Source of the DNA: a virus
UHGV virus genome: UHGV-0101699
Length of the DNA stretch: 64,000 nt
Strand: one strand, 5' to 3'
The translations under genes and the position numbers were made by a program. Below the pieces are notes generated by a model that worked only from the letters and a program-made list of their open reading frames with translations, did no database searches and had not been told where the DNA came from. Of the stretch, positions 56,301 through 62,000 are shown in pieces. The stretch's first letter is position 1; each line of letters starts with the position of its first letter.

Positions 56301-56507
56301 CACGCCATCGATGAAGATAGATTTAGCGCCGTTAATCAACCCGCCAACAACACCTTCCCCGAGCAGATCGAGGATAGACGCCATGGCCCGCGAATTAACG
56401 GTATCATCCGCTTCAACTGGTGTACGGCTTGAGCCTGAGCTCTTTTTGCCGCCCGCTCCCGCAATCAGGAGGGGCAATCTCTTTTTCTTGAACTGATCCA
56501 TGTTCAA
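44331..56507 (-). CDS. J: central tail fiber / host-specificity protein J homolog, 4058 aa, with ~11 inserted cassette modules
   Basis: The N-terminal ~1100 aa and C-terminal ~330 aa align with lambda J (NSVLVGLKVNSEQFGSSMPSRSYLIRGLKIRVPSNY...GVWDGTFK; QFLVQADRFGLINTSNGN...NVTINENCTVLGTVQANKIVGDV). Between them are repeated units headed by A(L/I)STLxSTVTQQGDxITSQGNSITxLxNDL-type linkers. Confidence 0.9.
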   Translation of the reverse strand: MNMDQFKKKRLPLLIAGAGGKKSSGSSRTPVEADDTVNSRAMASILDLLGEGVVGGLINGAKSIFIDGVALENEDGSFNYSGVTWDFRDGSQDQSPMPGFDFVETPKAVNTQLKTTNAVTVAIDNDDADRVRVIMKFPSLRSIDKKTGDTNGTSVQFKFQLANGNGSFYDVIATGESSSDVTLTAKKTGVYYRSYEIQLPKPGRAYKVRVLRLSADSNDQYLFNDTWVDSIGEIVDTPMNYPNSVLVGLKVNSEQFGSSMPSRSYLIRGLKIRVPSNYDENTNTYNGVWDGTFKLLSSSNPAWILFDLLTNARYGLGKFVSESMIDLGQLYQIGRYCDEEVDDGFGGKEKRFAINTQITSRQDAYRLIQDIAGAFRGMVFWAGGMVNIMQDSPSDPVMLFTNANVKDGLFTYKGSARKDRPSVALITYNNKQDGYKQNVEYVEDQEAMARYGERKTEAVAFGCTSRGQAHRVGLWLLYTARMESDMITFTAGLDASFLMPGETVLIQNKYRAGKRNSGRIVSFTKNSITLDAPVSLKKSGSFIRIINQEGKIVERDINETGDNITKVTFKTALATADQPVANGVWTITEPDLVPMRARVVAIAQGETPGSFDITVVQNNASKYQAIDNGAALVPENTTVLDPTYSKPSNLVISEGTYLSSPGNLSVKLMLAWEGKSPEYWVSWRRSDEGNVSNWQSARATEEQYEIVNVAENGRYDFQLYSVSFGGKKSEIITAVYQVKGTMTPPGAPTSLTAVGDYRNVVLNWVNPDSVDLAQINVYASKTNKLDTATLIAQAATTTFTHAGLGDNETWYYWIRAVNKRGMVGQPNSNLGTEATTRDVLSFLKDKITSSELGKELLDEIDSKATQEAVDNAIGEVQNSVNESIQQVENDLAQTSSEIKAQVDSVNQSLKEDIDTVNQTIVDNIDTVNQTINTNISNVNSQIEAAKQSIKDGDAALSQEIKKAQSSLTTSLSQTSKDLTAAIQKETNDRIADVNDAAKQAADQLLSAKNELKTSIDSLSEVVTSGDENLARQISQIAAGTGEQFDSLKIWYFDQDAEGWTEDDNGYTPMSVTSDGWLKANNPTSTCRSPNGLTIDAHAYRFIKMRVKKVGNPTWNARMFWIGADETGWNAGRSVVINEPEYDDKGIAILTLHDIEWRDSTTIRRFRFDFTSGQDADNYLLFDWIAVGRPTPGAGMAALQEEQQARANADTAEAQARSTLAAQIRGSSESGNLDDIRSGLIYQEKNARITADAAEASARESLQTEFNRNKASVAEELHTLSTEQASQASKITGLQTSLGQKADASAVQTISQKVEEQGNTLKSQGAALSTLDNRVGSVESGVSANSKAITGLQSTVTQQDKTLSSQSESITTLNNSLSDIQSDTDTAKSNPSNLLVNASFERDLAGWSAGNSVSSIIKASAPHSGSKILVCAAGTVQITQSVSVVEGRTYKLSSFVRCTTDAVISSPGNNKLRIGAATLLKEIPIRPENLPKDETWKEVSDTWKATLTGKVDVSIMSSLKTGSQYFDDVGFVDVTDALAIEANASATNALTSRVSSVEGTITSQGQQITSMQNSIKNKADASAVTNLTNRVTAAENQISSQSQSITSLSNSLDNANADADASKAIIGNMLKNNSFERGFEGWEYVGWTLLEAQNPKSGKYIIQAGKLASGGDSGCNQTVELQAGKTYRIGAWVRKSADFAINNAGNNKISLRNADLTPLKDIPITGAGLSTNWALISGEYTPAKTASVVVSLRASVASGYMYLDDVFCVDVSNEKAIDATSNALSTLNSTVTQQGKDITSNSNSITSLSNQMVNGRQNMWVRSVYNVQLANNTTEPTFSDINGKAPISIDEVPDAAKLDFASAGSYVIAHYKAFVKVNADTTITMAPGSRVFDDTGAVYVNGVRVAFGNASWNTVSFDLKAGWSTVEFLVNQWTGQAYINLGFKLSEKVAQLNSALGMNALSNAISAVTSNVSTVGDRVTSTSQSVTDLRNSLEQTNANLANKADAQALSTLQNTVSKQGDTISSQGNSITNLNNTLTAARNAGDNLIPNYDFLQGATAWDTQYPAGVTFGNFGDGKAGVKLNRTTTTSPGIFSNNNKPLPLNGQRKYRVVVKAKGVSGAMNMLIRRQNKIGQTDSNYEDKNVTLTSEWQTITWETGLTASNADGQNFKLYAHPANAEIWVDTFKVFDITDEVKIKANSDALSTLSSTVTQQGDKITSQGNSITKLTNDLEAADANIAKKADQSAVTTLTGRVEKTESGLTAANSNITSLSSSLNQQSKRGANLLPDGTFESYAVGHNLSNNRVIVTTDDSHGGNKCIRVTRPNDYNANATDNSDNHIFSGFQVRDNAVFYMECWVKRDAKSTAMAENAQISIGLSLQYQDNSWQWPAVTKAAKDLSSTQWTKVSGYLKSTKSGIKQAMVRISIPNVSSVKAGNSFLIDDLVITEVTDAYNAQSTADANANAISTLDSTVSQQGDQITSQGNSITKLTNDLATTNNNVSKKADQSALSVLSGRVDQTESGLSSANSSITALNSSVRAGNATSGDLISNPTFDPEFSQMGFTVVSSSSEGVPANCPYAYVARIAARDHHPNFAAIPATLGDVYEMSALVACGTGSADFNLYLGTATRPSGSVGAPLSSGGNRKASATWQRVTWRFKITQGIVDRGFFRPFLQINQSSPFGTVWYVTDWHLRNVTDSSKVQDSLDATAKAVDSLTSTVNQQGENILSIGTRTTNLENNLRTTNANVAQKADANALTALTNRVTQTEKDINSTSSSVTNLNNKVDAISVGGTNLIKNSGDMTGWSNVVSDTYRGNAVIGATVKAGSGYKDLREITLESPVDAGEYVYSFYAKGGVTGQTMTAFFYNPNTTTSIETSQGAKGNNTDGRAQFTLTTSWARYWVKWKQTPTTGTKRLILCRIESNTSKDQTVYINSPKFEVGNVVSDWNESPSDSASASAVDSLTTKVNQQGTSISSIGNRTTSLENGLSTAQNNIAKKADASALQDLRNTVTSQGGDLTAANSSITSLQASMNRRTVFTVTARGNGNSVTPGVFDESGKNLFTPGRSWALVTFAKHSDGSTVIATSKTYDVFGSANNGATMSADIEALASGTYVCVLTFDEPTGNRGKVLSALESLGGTSEVVNSLPYRGAYILLGRKGMKPGDGLELRAPTGGDGTAHISTSVEFVNGVMMGLGAAGGVMMKADANASAITTLQNTVKTQGDNIDSLSSSTTALENSLASSNASVDAASQIPGNLIVNPSFERGTEGYTGWSGIATVVTLQVPHLGTKAAKLAAGGSAGVGQKISFKKDRSYKIGIWAKQDPNTTIQSTDNTKFRVAEGNGLIASKAYGPFTSNWQEVSWTWKATKDVVADVQFTAFLSAGAMYFDDFYVVDVTDSVETQANSSAITKLDSRVTKTENDITSQGSQVTQLKNDLATTNTNVSKKADAAALTALTNRVTQNEKEIETQSSQTTSLKNSLSTVQAMGSNPWFDGSLETYSENQQISGSRAVVVSSQKRSGTKSLRVSRSAGEGGNSDKTIGKWIALRENAVFRIELWAMMPADQSPSSGWSTLVGLQTQNAANNNNWPTAITINEAALGARGAWKKFTGTLRVAAGHTRGAFWVSTRGTTGTGTPGYDLYIDDVVVTDITDAKEAQDSANANASALTSLTSRVTYVEGQVTSQASQLSSLTSQVNDASSKVDQMAQTITNNEKTQSSLNTSLQSQIDAQASANIKNQTELNNATTSLAAIKSTQQTQATTISALSQQQTNLTAQVGGQSAELQELKKTVVENGNVNSTWMVKMETNSNGKKYAAGIALGIDGKNLQSQFLVQADRFGLINTSNGNTTTPFVVENGVAYMNAAVIKDGSITNAKIGGEIRSDNFVNGSSGWRIGKDGSSQFNNVVIRGEVHANTGVLNNVTINENCTVLGTVQANKIVGDVVTMTDRVVKNWPASGNTSSGTRYLIATIDGMPFERRMVFNGSVAIVQVWRQNVTIRVDETTVWTFDSGNDGKDFETSIFSIRIPASNFGQRHQITIQWPNRGDSGQFRFTGVVSMYRTTGSISLA

Positions 56508-56517
56508 AAAACTTCCC

Positions 56518-57129
56518 TTACAGTTGGTCTATGGTGATTGAAGAACTCACAATCTGTGAGCCAACTAAAATTTCCTCGCCGTAATTAAGCTGAACCGGGT
56601 TTCCCTGGTTGCTGGTGTTTTGAGGCCCATCGAAATAAAACGAATCCGTGTTATCAGCCTGTCTGACAGACGCATTTGATGCCTGCGGCGAAATCAGCAT
56701 GGACACACCGCCCATCATCAATGACATCCCTCCCATCATCAGCGCAGATGACGCACCCGCGGTAAGACCAAAGCCAATCGCACCGACAGCGATCATCGCG
56801 GCGCCTACGAAAGTCTGGAACCACCCAAACGCCTTACCACCGCTGCCACGTGGTACGGGAGTAATGCGGATTTTTGCGATATTTTCCGACTCGCCCATCA
56901 TCTGGTATTCGGTGTCGTCCATTGACCACTTGTGGCCCTGCTTATTTGTGACCTGGATGTGGTACTTATCGAAGTGGTTACGGTTACGCTTAATCCAGGC
57001 TTTAAAGCCCGGGCGATTCGCCTCAATCAAATCGATGGCTTGTTTGGTGTTGCGCACCTTCAATTTCCAATGGCGGCCAAAGTTCTTTGCCATCGCACCG
57101 CCGAGCTGAACATGAACTAATTCAGACAC
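56518..57129 (-). CDS. I: tail assembly protein I homolog
   Basis: Position between K and J. Gly/Ala-rich hydrophobic C-terminal half as in lambda gpI. Confidence 0.65.
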   Translation of the reverse strand: MSELVHVQLGGAMAKNFGRHWKLKVRNTKQAIDLIEANRPGFKAWIKRNRNHFDKYHIQVTNKQGHKWSMDDTEYQMMGESENIAKIRITPVPRGSGGKAFGWFQTFVGAAMIAVGAIGFGLTAGASSALMMGGMSLMMGGVSMLISPQASNASVRQADNTDSFYFDGPQNTSNQGNPVQLNYGEEILVGSQIVSSSITIDQL

Positions 57130-57914
57130 GTCTCGTCTCCCTTGAGTAAATCCCTGTGACGCAGGTGATGCGTCGTGTGCTTCTGATACATCCCACCGTA
57201 ATAAGCCCGACAGCTGAGACGGTCGATCTGGTGATGCATGATCATGCCGTCGCCGATGTATACCGCGCAGTGATCTGGCATTTTCCCGTACTGGATGAAG
57301 AAGATGTCGCCGCGCTGGGGTTCCGTCCCCGGCGCCATGCGGACAAGTCCTTCATTTCGGTAGTTCTGGTCGAGGATGTCGTTGTCCCCCGTGTACCAGG
57401 AAGGAATATGCAGGTGGGCGTTTGCATTCAGCTCAACGTCAAATTCACGCTTTAGGTAATCGCGGCACAGCATCCAGCAATCAAACACACCGAATACGTA
57501 TGGGCGCCCGAGGTAGGGCATCTCAAAACCACACGGATAAATGACGTTCATTTCGCTAAAGTGGAATGGCATATCGCTTTCCACATTTTTGCGAATTGCC
57601 AGAATCATCCACGGTAGTTCCGTCGCCTCGCACCCGGAGCGATCCGGGTCTGACGCCTCTGCGCTGCGCTCAACGTGAGAGTGCCAAATAGCGATCACTT
57701 CCCCAGCATCTTCGGCCGCAATAATGTCGCTGGCACGCATGACAAAATCCTCACGTGGCGTTTCAGAGACATTCATCGCTTCCATAAAGCGATATTTCTC
57801 ACCCTGTGTGCGCACCAGAAAGCCACACGCTTCATTCGGGTAACGTTGGATAGCGCAGCGGTAGATATCCTGCATGACTTCTGAGCCCAGCTCAGGTAAC
57901 GTCTGGTTACTCAT
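57117..57914 (-). CDS. K: tail tip assembly protein K homolog (JAB/MPN + NlpC/P60 domains)
   Basis: JAMM motif AIWHSHVERSAEASDPD. NlpC/P60 Cys-His-His (DCWMLCRDYL...H..H). Start reassigned to MSNQTL, which overlaps the gpL stop as ATGAGTAA. The listed N-terminal extension is non-coding. Confidence 0.75.
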   Translation of the reverse strand: MSNQTLPELGSEVMQDIYRCAIQRYPNEACGFLVRTQGEKYRFMEAMNVSETPREDFVMRASDIIAAEDAGEVIAIWHSHVERSAEASDPDRSGCEATELPWMILAIRKNVESDMPFHFSEMNVIYPCGFEMPYLGRPYVFGVFDCWMLCRDYLKREFDVELNANAHLHIPSWYTGDNDILDQNYRNEGLVRMAPGTEPQRGDIFFIQYGKMPDHCAVYIGDGMIMHHQIDRLSCRAYYGGMYQKHTTHHLRHRDLLKGDETCLN

Positions 57915-58608
57915 ATCGTGTCGCCCCAATAAATCCGCCAAAATGAATAACGCCATTCGCGAAGTAGTTGCGACGAGCATTACAGGCGTCGTAACGCTTG
58001 GTGCAGTAGTCGGCGCCGGCCAAAGAGGTTTGCTGGTTGTTTTTGTCGAAATATGGGCCGGTGTAGCCACACTCTGTTCCGCGATATTTCCACGGGCAGC
58101 TGTTTTTGATGATCTGACGATACGGCAGTTGAACACCCATCAGATCTAAGACGCTGGACAGCTCGAATTCGACATACTGGTGTGTCTCCAGGGTCTTCTG
58201 TTCGACGAACCACATTTCATCAGCAAAATGCTGACTTGGGTCTGCGGTCGGGTTTCCATCCGGAAAGTTCACCGCGTCCAGAAAACGTGCCAGCGTCATC
58301 TTGCGAATGATTTTGCAGCCAATCAGATCGTCATTGGCCTGCAGCTCGGCAGAAATTACACCGTCGTAGTTGGAAACCTGAATCTTTGGACGAGGAAGTG
58401 TTCCCTGACCGCTTTTATCAAAGCCAGACGCTTTAATTGGCCACGGCTCATAGGAAACTCCCTGCCAGACAATTGGCTGGCTAAGCCCGTTGGTGCCGGC
58501 ATGGAAATACAACTTGCCGCCGGAGGTTGTCACCGACATATCCAGCTCGAACAACTCAATGAGCGCAGAAGGCGATAAACTCTGAATATCAGCTCTAATA
58601 CCCATCAC
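57907..58608 (-). CDS. L: minor tail protein L homolog
   Basis: RFLDAVNF and the four-Cys cluster (C..C......C...C) match lambda gpL. Confidence 0.85.
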   Translation of the reverse strand: MMGIRADIQSLSPSALIELFELDMSVTTSGGKLYFHAGTNGLSQPIVWQGVSYEPWPIKASGFDKSGQGTLPRPKIQVSNYDGVISAELQANDDLIGCKIIRKMTLARFLDAVNFPDGNPTADPSQHFADEMWFVEQKTLETHQYVEFELSSVLDLMGVQLPYRQIIKNSCPWKYRGTECGYTGPYFDKNNQQTSLAGADYCTKRYDACNARRNYFANGVIHFGGFIGATRYE

Positions 58609-58659
58609 TTCATCCTTGAAAAACTCAACGTCACATCCTGTGACGTTGATATATAATAA

Positions 58660-58680
58660 TAGATAAGTACTTACTTATCT
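58660..58680 (-). promoter_or_regulatory. copy of dispersed box (AGATAAGTACTTACTTATCTA) between gpM and gpL genes
   Basis: Extended palindrome AGATAAGTA/TACTTATCT. Followed on the coding strand by TATTAT, then a GTCACA..TGTGAC hairpin before the ATG. Confidence 0.5.
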
Positions 58681-58691
58681 ATAGTCGCAAA

Positions 58692-59027
58692 TTAAGACTC
58701 AAAAACCTGTCTAAATGTTGCCGTAAGCACTTGATAACCTGGGTAACGTTTTACCGTATGGCTATCACAAACCACGATAATTGCTTTGCCTCTTGGGTTA
58801 GTCCAAACGAATGACTCCACCCCTGCGCGGGCAGTCAAAAAATCATCAACGTCGTTTACCACGTCATGGCTGCGGGTGAACGTGAGAGACCACTCTTCTT
58901 TAATCCGATTGAGCCCCTGCGACTGGCGCTGCTCGTAATCATCGCCGTAGTTCAGCACGGTCACGTTAGGCTTTACCGTTTTCTCAGACTCATAATCTGG
59001 ATACCAATTAAATACTTTCCTCGACAT
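58692..59027 (-). CDS. M: minor tail protein M homolog (111 aa)
   Basis: Start reassigned to MSRKVF, preceded by GGAAGTG. NVTVLNYGDDYEQRQ...FVWTNP aligns with lambda gpM VRFGDGYSQRA...FLWTPP. Confidence 0.7.
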   Translation of the reverse strand: MSRKVFNWYPDYESEKTVKPNVTVLNYGDDYEQRQSQGLNRIKEEWSLTFTRSHDVVNDVDDFLTARAGVESFVWTNPRGKAIIVVCDSHTVKRYPGYQVLTATFRQVFES

Positions 59028-59070
59028 ATCACTTCCTTGTGATGGCCGCCCGCTAAGGCGGCCGGCTTTA

Positions 59071-62000
59071 TTACCCTCTGGTGGTATGCGGATTAAGTGA
59101 ACCACCAGAACGTTTCTCTTCGGCAATCGTCTCAAGCACAATCGACTTAATTTGCCGCGCTGCACCGTTCCAGAGATTGCTCTCACTTCCACTGCTGCTC
59201 TCGCTGGTTCGTCCATCCTTGGTCACATTGATTTGAATTGAGACAGGGGACACCGCGTTACCCGTACTCTTTCCAGCCGACTCTGCAGAAAGTGTGACTG
59301 GAATGGTTCGACCATCTGGTAACGGGACGTAAGCCTCGTTCATTGAGCCCTCGCCAAACATCGCCAACTGTGGTGAGGTGGCAATTCCGCCTTTCTGATA
59401 AGCTCTCAGAGGCACAACCCCTTCCCTGCCAAAGATGCCGCCATTGGCGTGTTTCTTCACATTTGGCTTTGAGCCTGATGGCGTCGAAGACCCAGCCCAA
59501 GCGGACACTGCGGTACTGGCCAGTGACAGACCGAAATTCAGCCAACGGCTGGACGAACTCGACGACGAAGCACCTACCATGGCGAATGTAGCTGCCAGCG
59601 CCCCAGCCGCGGTAGACAGATTCCCCATACTGAGGATGCTGCTGTTAACCGCTTTGGTTTGATCTTTCGTAGCGTCAGTACCGGTGAACAATGACTTAGT
59701 CCAGTCCCAGACGCCATTCACCGCCTGGCTTAAACCGCTGGCCGCATTCTGAGACGCTTGCCCCATAGAATTTATGCCGGAGGCTGTCTCCTTAGTGGCC
59801 TCGCCGACAGATTTATCCCCATTGGCCACCGCCCCACCAGAATTACCGAGCTGAACCCCTTGATTAGCGATCGCAGACGCTACGCCATTCATGAGATTTC
59901 CACTTTGTGCATTGCCGGCGTTTGTCGTTCCCATTCCCAACATATTCATGAGAGGCAGAGTGATCTGGGTCTTCACGACCATGTTGGTGATGTCTTTAAG
60001 GATCGATGTGGCCAGACTGGAGAAGCTCATCTTCCCGTTAACAACAAAGTCAGTAAGCGTGTCGGTTAAGCCGCTAAACAGATCTGTCCAGGTGCCCTCA
60101 ATCTGCTCAGCCAGGTTCTCATACTCCAGAGCCAACTGCTGGGTCGCTGTACCTGTTTGCTTAATCAGCGCATTGTTGCCAGCGGCCACCAGCTGATTAA
60201 GCTGCTTGTTGTAAAGCGAGATGATTTTCGGGTCAGTCGCTTTATCACGCAGCTCAATCAGCGCCTTAAGATTGCGGTTGTAGGTATCCGAAAACTCGGC
60301 AGCCTTCTCCTCATGGCTTTGCATCAAGCCTGCGCTGATAATCGAATCCGATTCCGGCGCCCAAGCGCTGATCATTTGCTCGACGTTGCGGCGATTAAAC
60401 ATTTCACGGTATTCGGGGGTAGCGTTCCTCAAATCCGCGAGACGTTTTTTGGCCTGGTCAACCATCTCCTGCGAGATAAACTCGTTAGGCGTGGCGTTTG
60501 CAAGATCGGTTAGTGACTTAGTGACATCACGCAGCGACTGATCAAACGACACAGTAGCCTTTGAACTTTCGCCCATTTGCCCCATGAGCTGATCAGCTTT
60601 ATCCAGAGCCTTCTGGTAGCCGGCAGCCAGCTTCTGTTGCGCACTTTCCTCCCTCTTCGCGGCGCGTTCCGAGGCATTCGCGGTACGCTTCCCTGCCCTC
60701 TCGGCGGCAGCGGCATCCTGTTCACGAGCTTTGGTTAGTGCGGCTATGGCGGCTGCACGCTCCTTCTCACTCATCTTTTCCAGAGACGATGCAGTGGAGG
60801 CTTTCTGCAGGTTAAGCTGAGTTTTAAGCTGCTTCGGCCCAATGATAGGTTTTCCTTCAAAATCCATCATTGGTGTGCCATCAGGCAGCGTGCGCTGGTA
60901 AACCGCAGAGTCCATCTGGTTGCGCATGTACTGCGCGAGCGCTTTATCAGCAGCTTTATCTCCAGACAAACCTCCAATCCGTTTGCCATCAACGGAAAGA
61001 AGCTCTTTGCCAGTTTCTGCTGCATTGTTTCGTTCAAACTCGGCCTGTTTTAGCTCCTGAGCAATTGTCTCAAGATTCTCCTGATAACCACGAATACTGC
61101 CTTGCAGTTTACGCGCCTGCTCTGAGTTGCCCTCTTTCTTCGCTTTTTCTAGGGAATCATTAAGATTCGCTATTTGCATTTCTACAGCGTTCTTACGTGA
61201 GGACAAGGCATCAACAAGTTGCTGTGCAGGTTCCAGATAAGATTTATTTACAATCTCACTTATTGGTTTAAGTGCTTTAATTTTCTCATCATCAGACAAC
61301 GAATTATCCGACAGAATTTTTTGTCTTTTTTCCAGTGCCTCTTGACGAGCTTTCGCAAAAGTTGCTGCAAAATCTTTATTTTCATCTCTGATTTTCTCGA
61401 GTTGGGATTCAGTCGCTTCTTTTGCTAAACGTTTAGCTACAGAAATGTCTCCACGACCAATAGCCACACTAGTTTTATCGCGTTCAGTGCGCAGATCATT
61501 CAGTTCAGCCTCAATCTTCTTACGTTCAGTCTGATTAATCTTGATAGTGGTTCCGGCCATCCCTGGTCCGTAGACCATTTTTTCACCAGAATTTAGCTCC
61601 TGCTCCTTCTGAGCTATTTGGCGATCAAGACGTTCCTTGTAATCCGCCATCTGTGCCCGCTTGGCGGCTGTCATCGCCTCGGGGATTTTGCGGATCTCAT
61701 CAACGACTTTTGACGTTTCGCTGCGGAGCATAGTCATGTAAGTGATCAGCCCCGCCACTGCTGTCATTGCGGCAGTAAACACAAAGCCAATCGGGTTTGC
61801 TGCGATAAACGCAGTCAGCCCAGCGAATGCCCCTTTCAGCCCCGTAATCGCGCCACGAATGGCAAAAATGAGCGATGGGATTGGTGCCAGTCCCATGCGT
61901 GCAGCACGATTGAAACGAGTGACCGCCGTCGCTCCCAGCGTGAATGGTGTCTGGATTACAGTGGACATTTTCATGAAGGTGGAAAGCATCTGGCCGCCGG

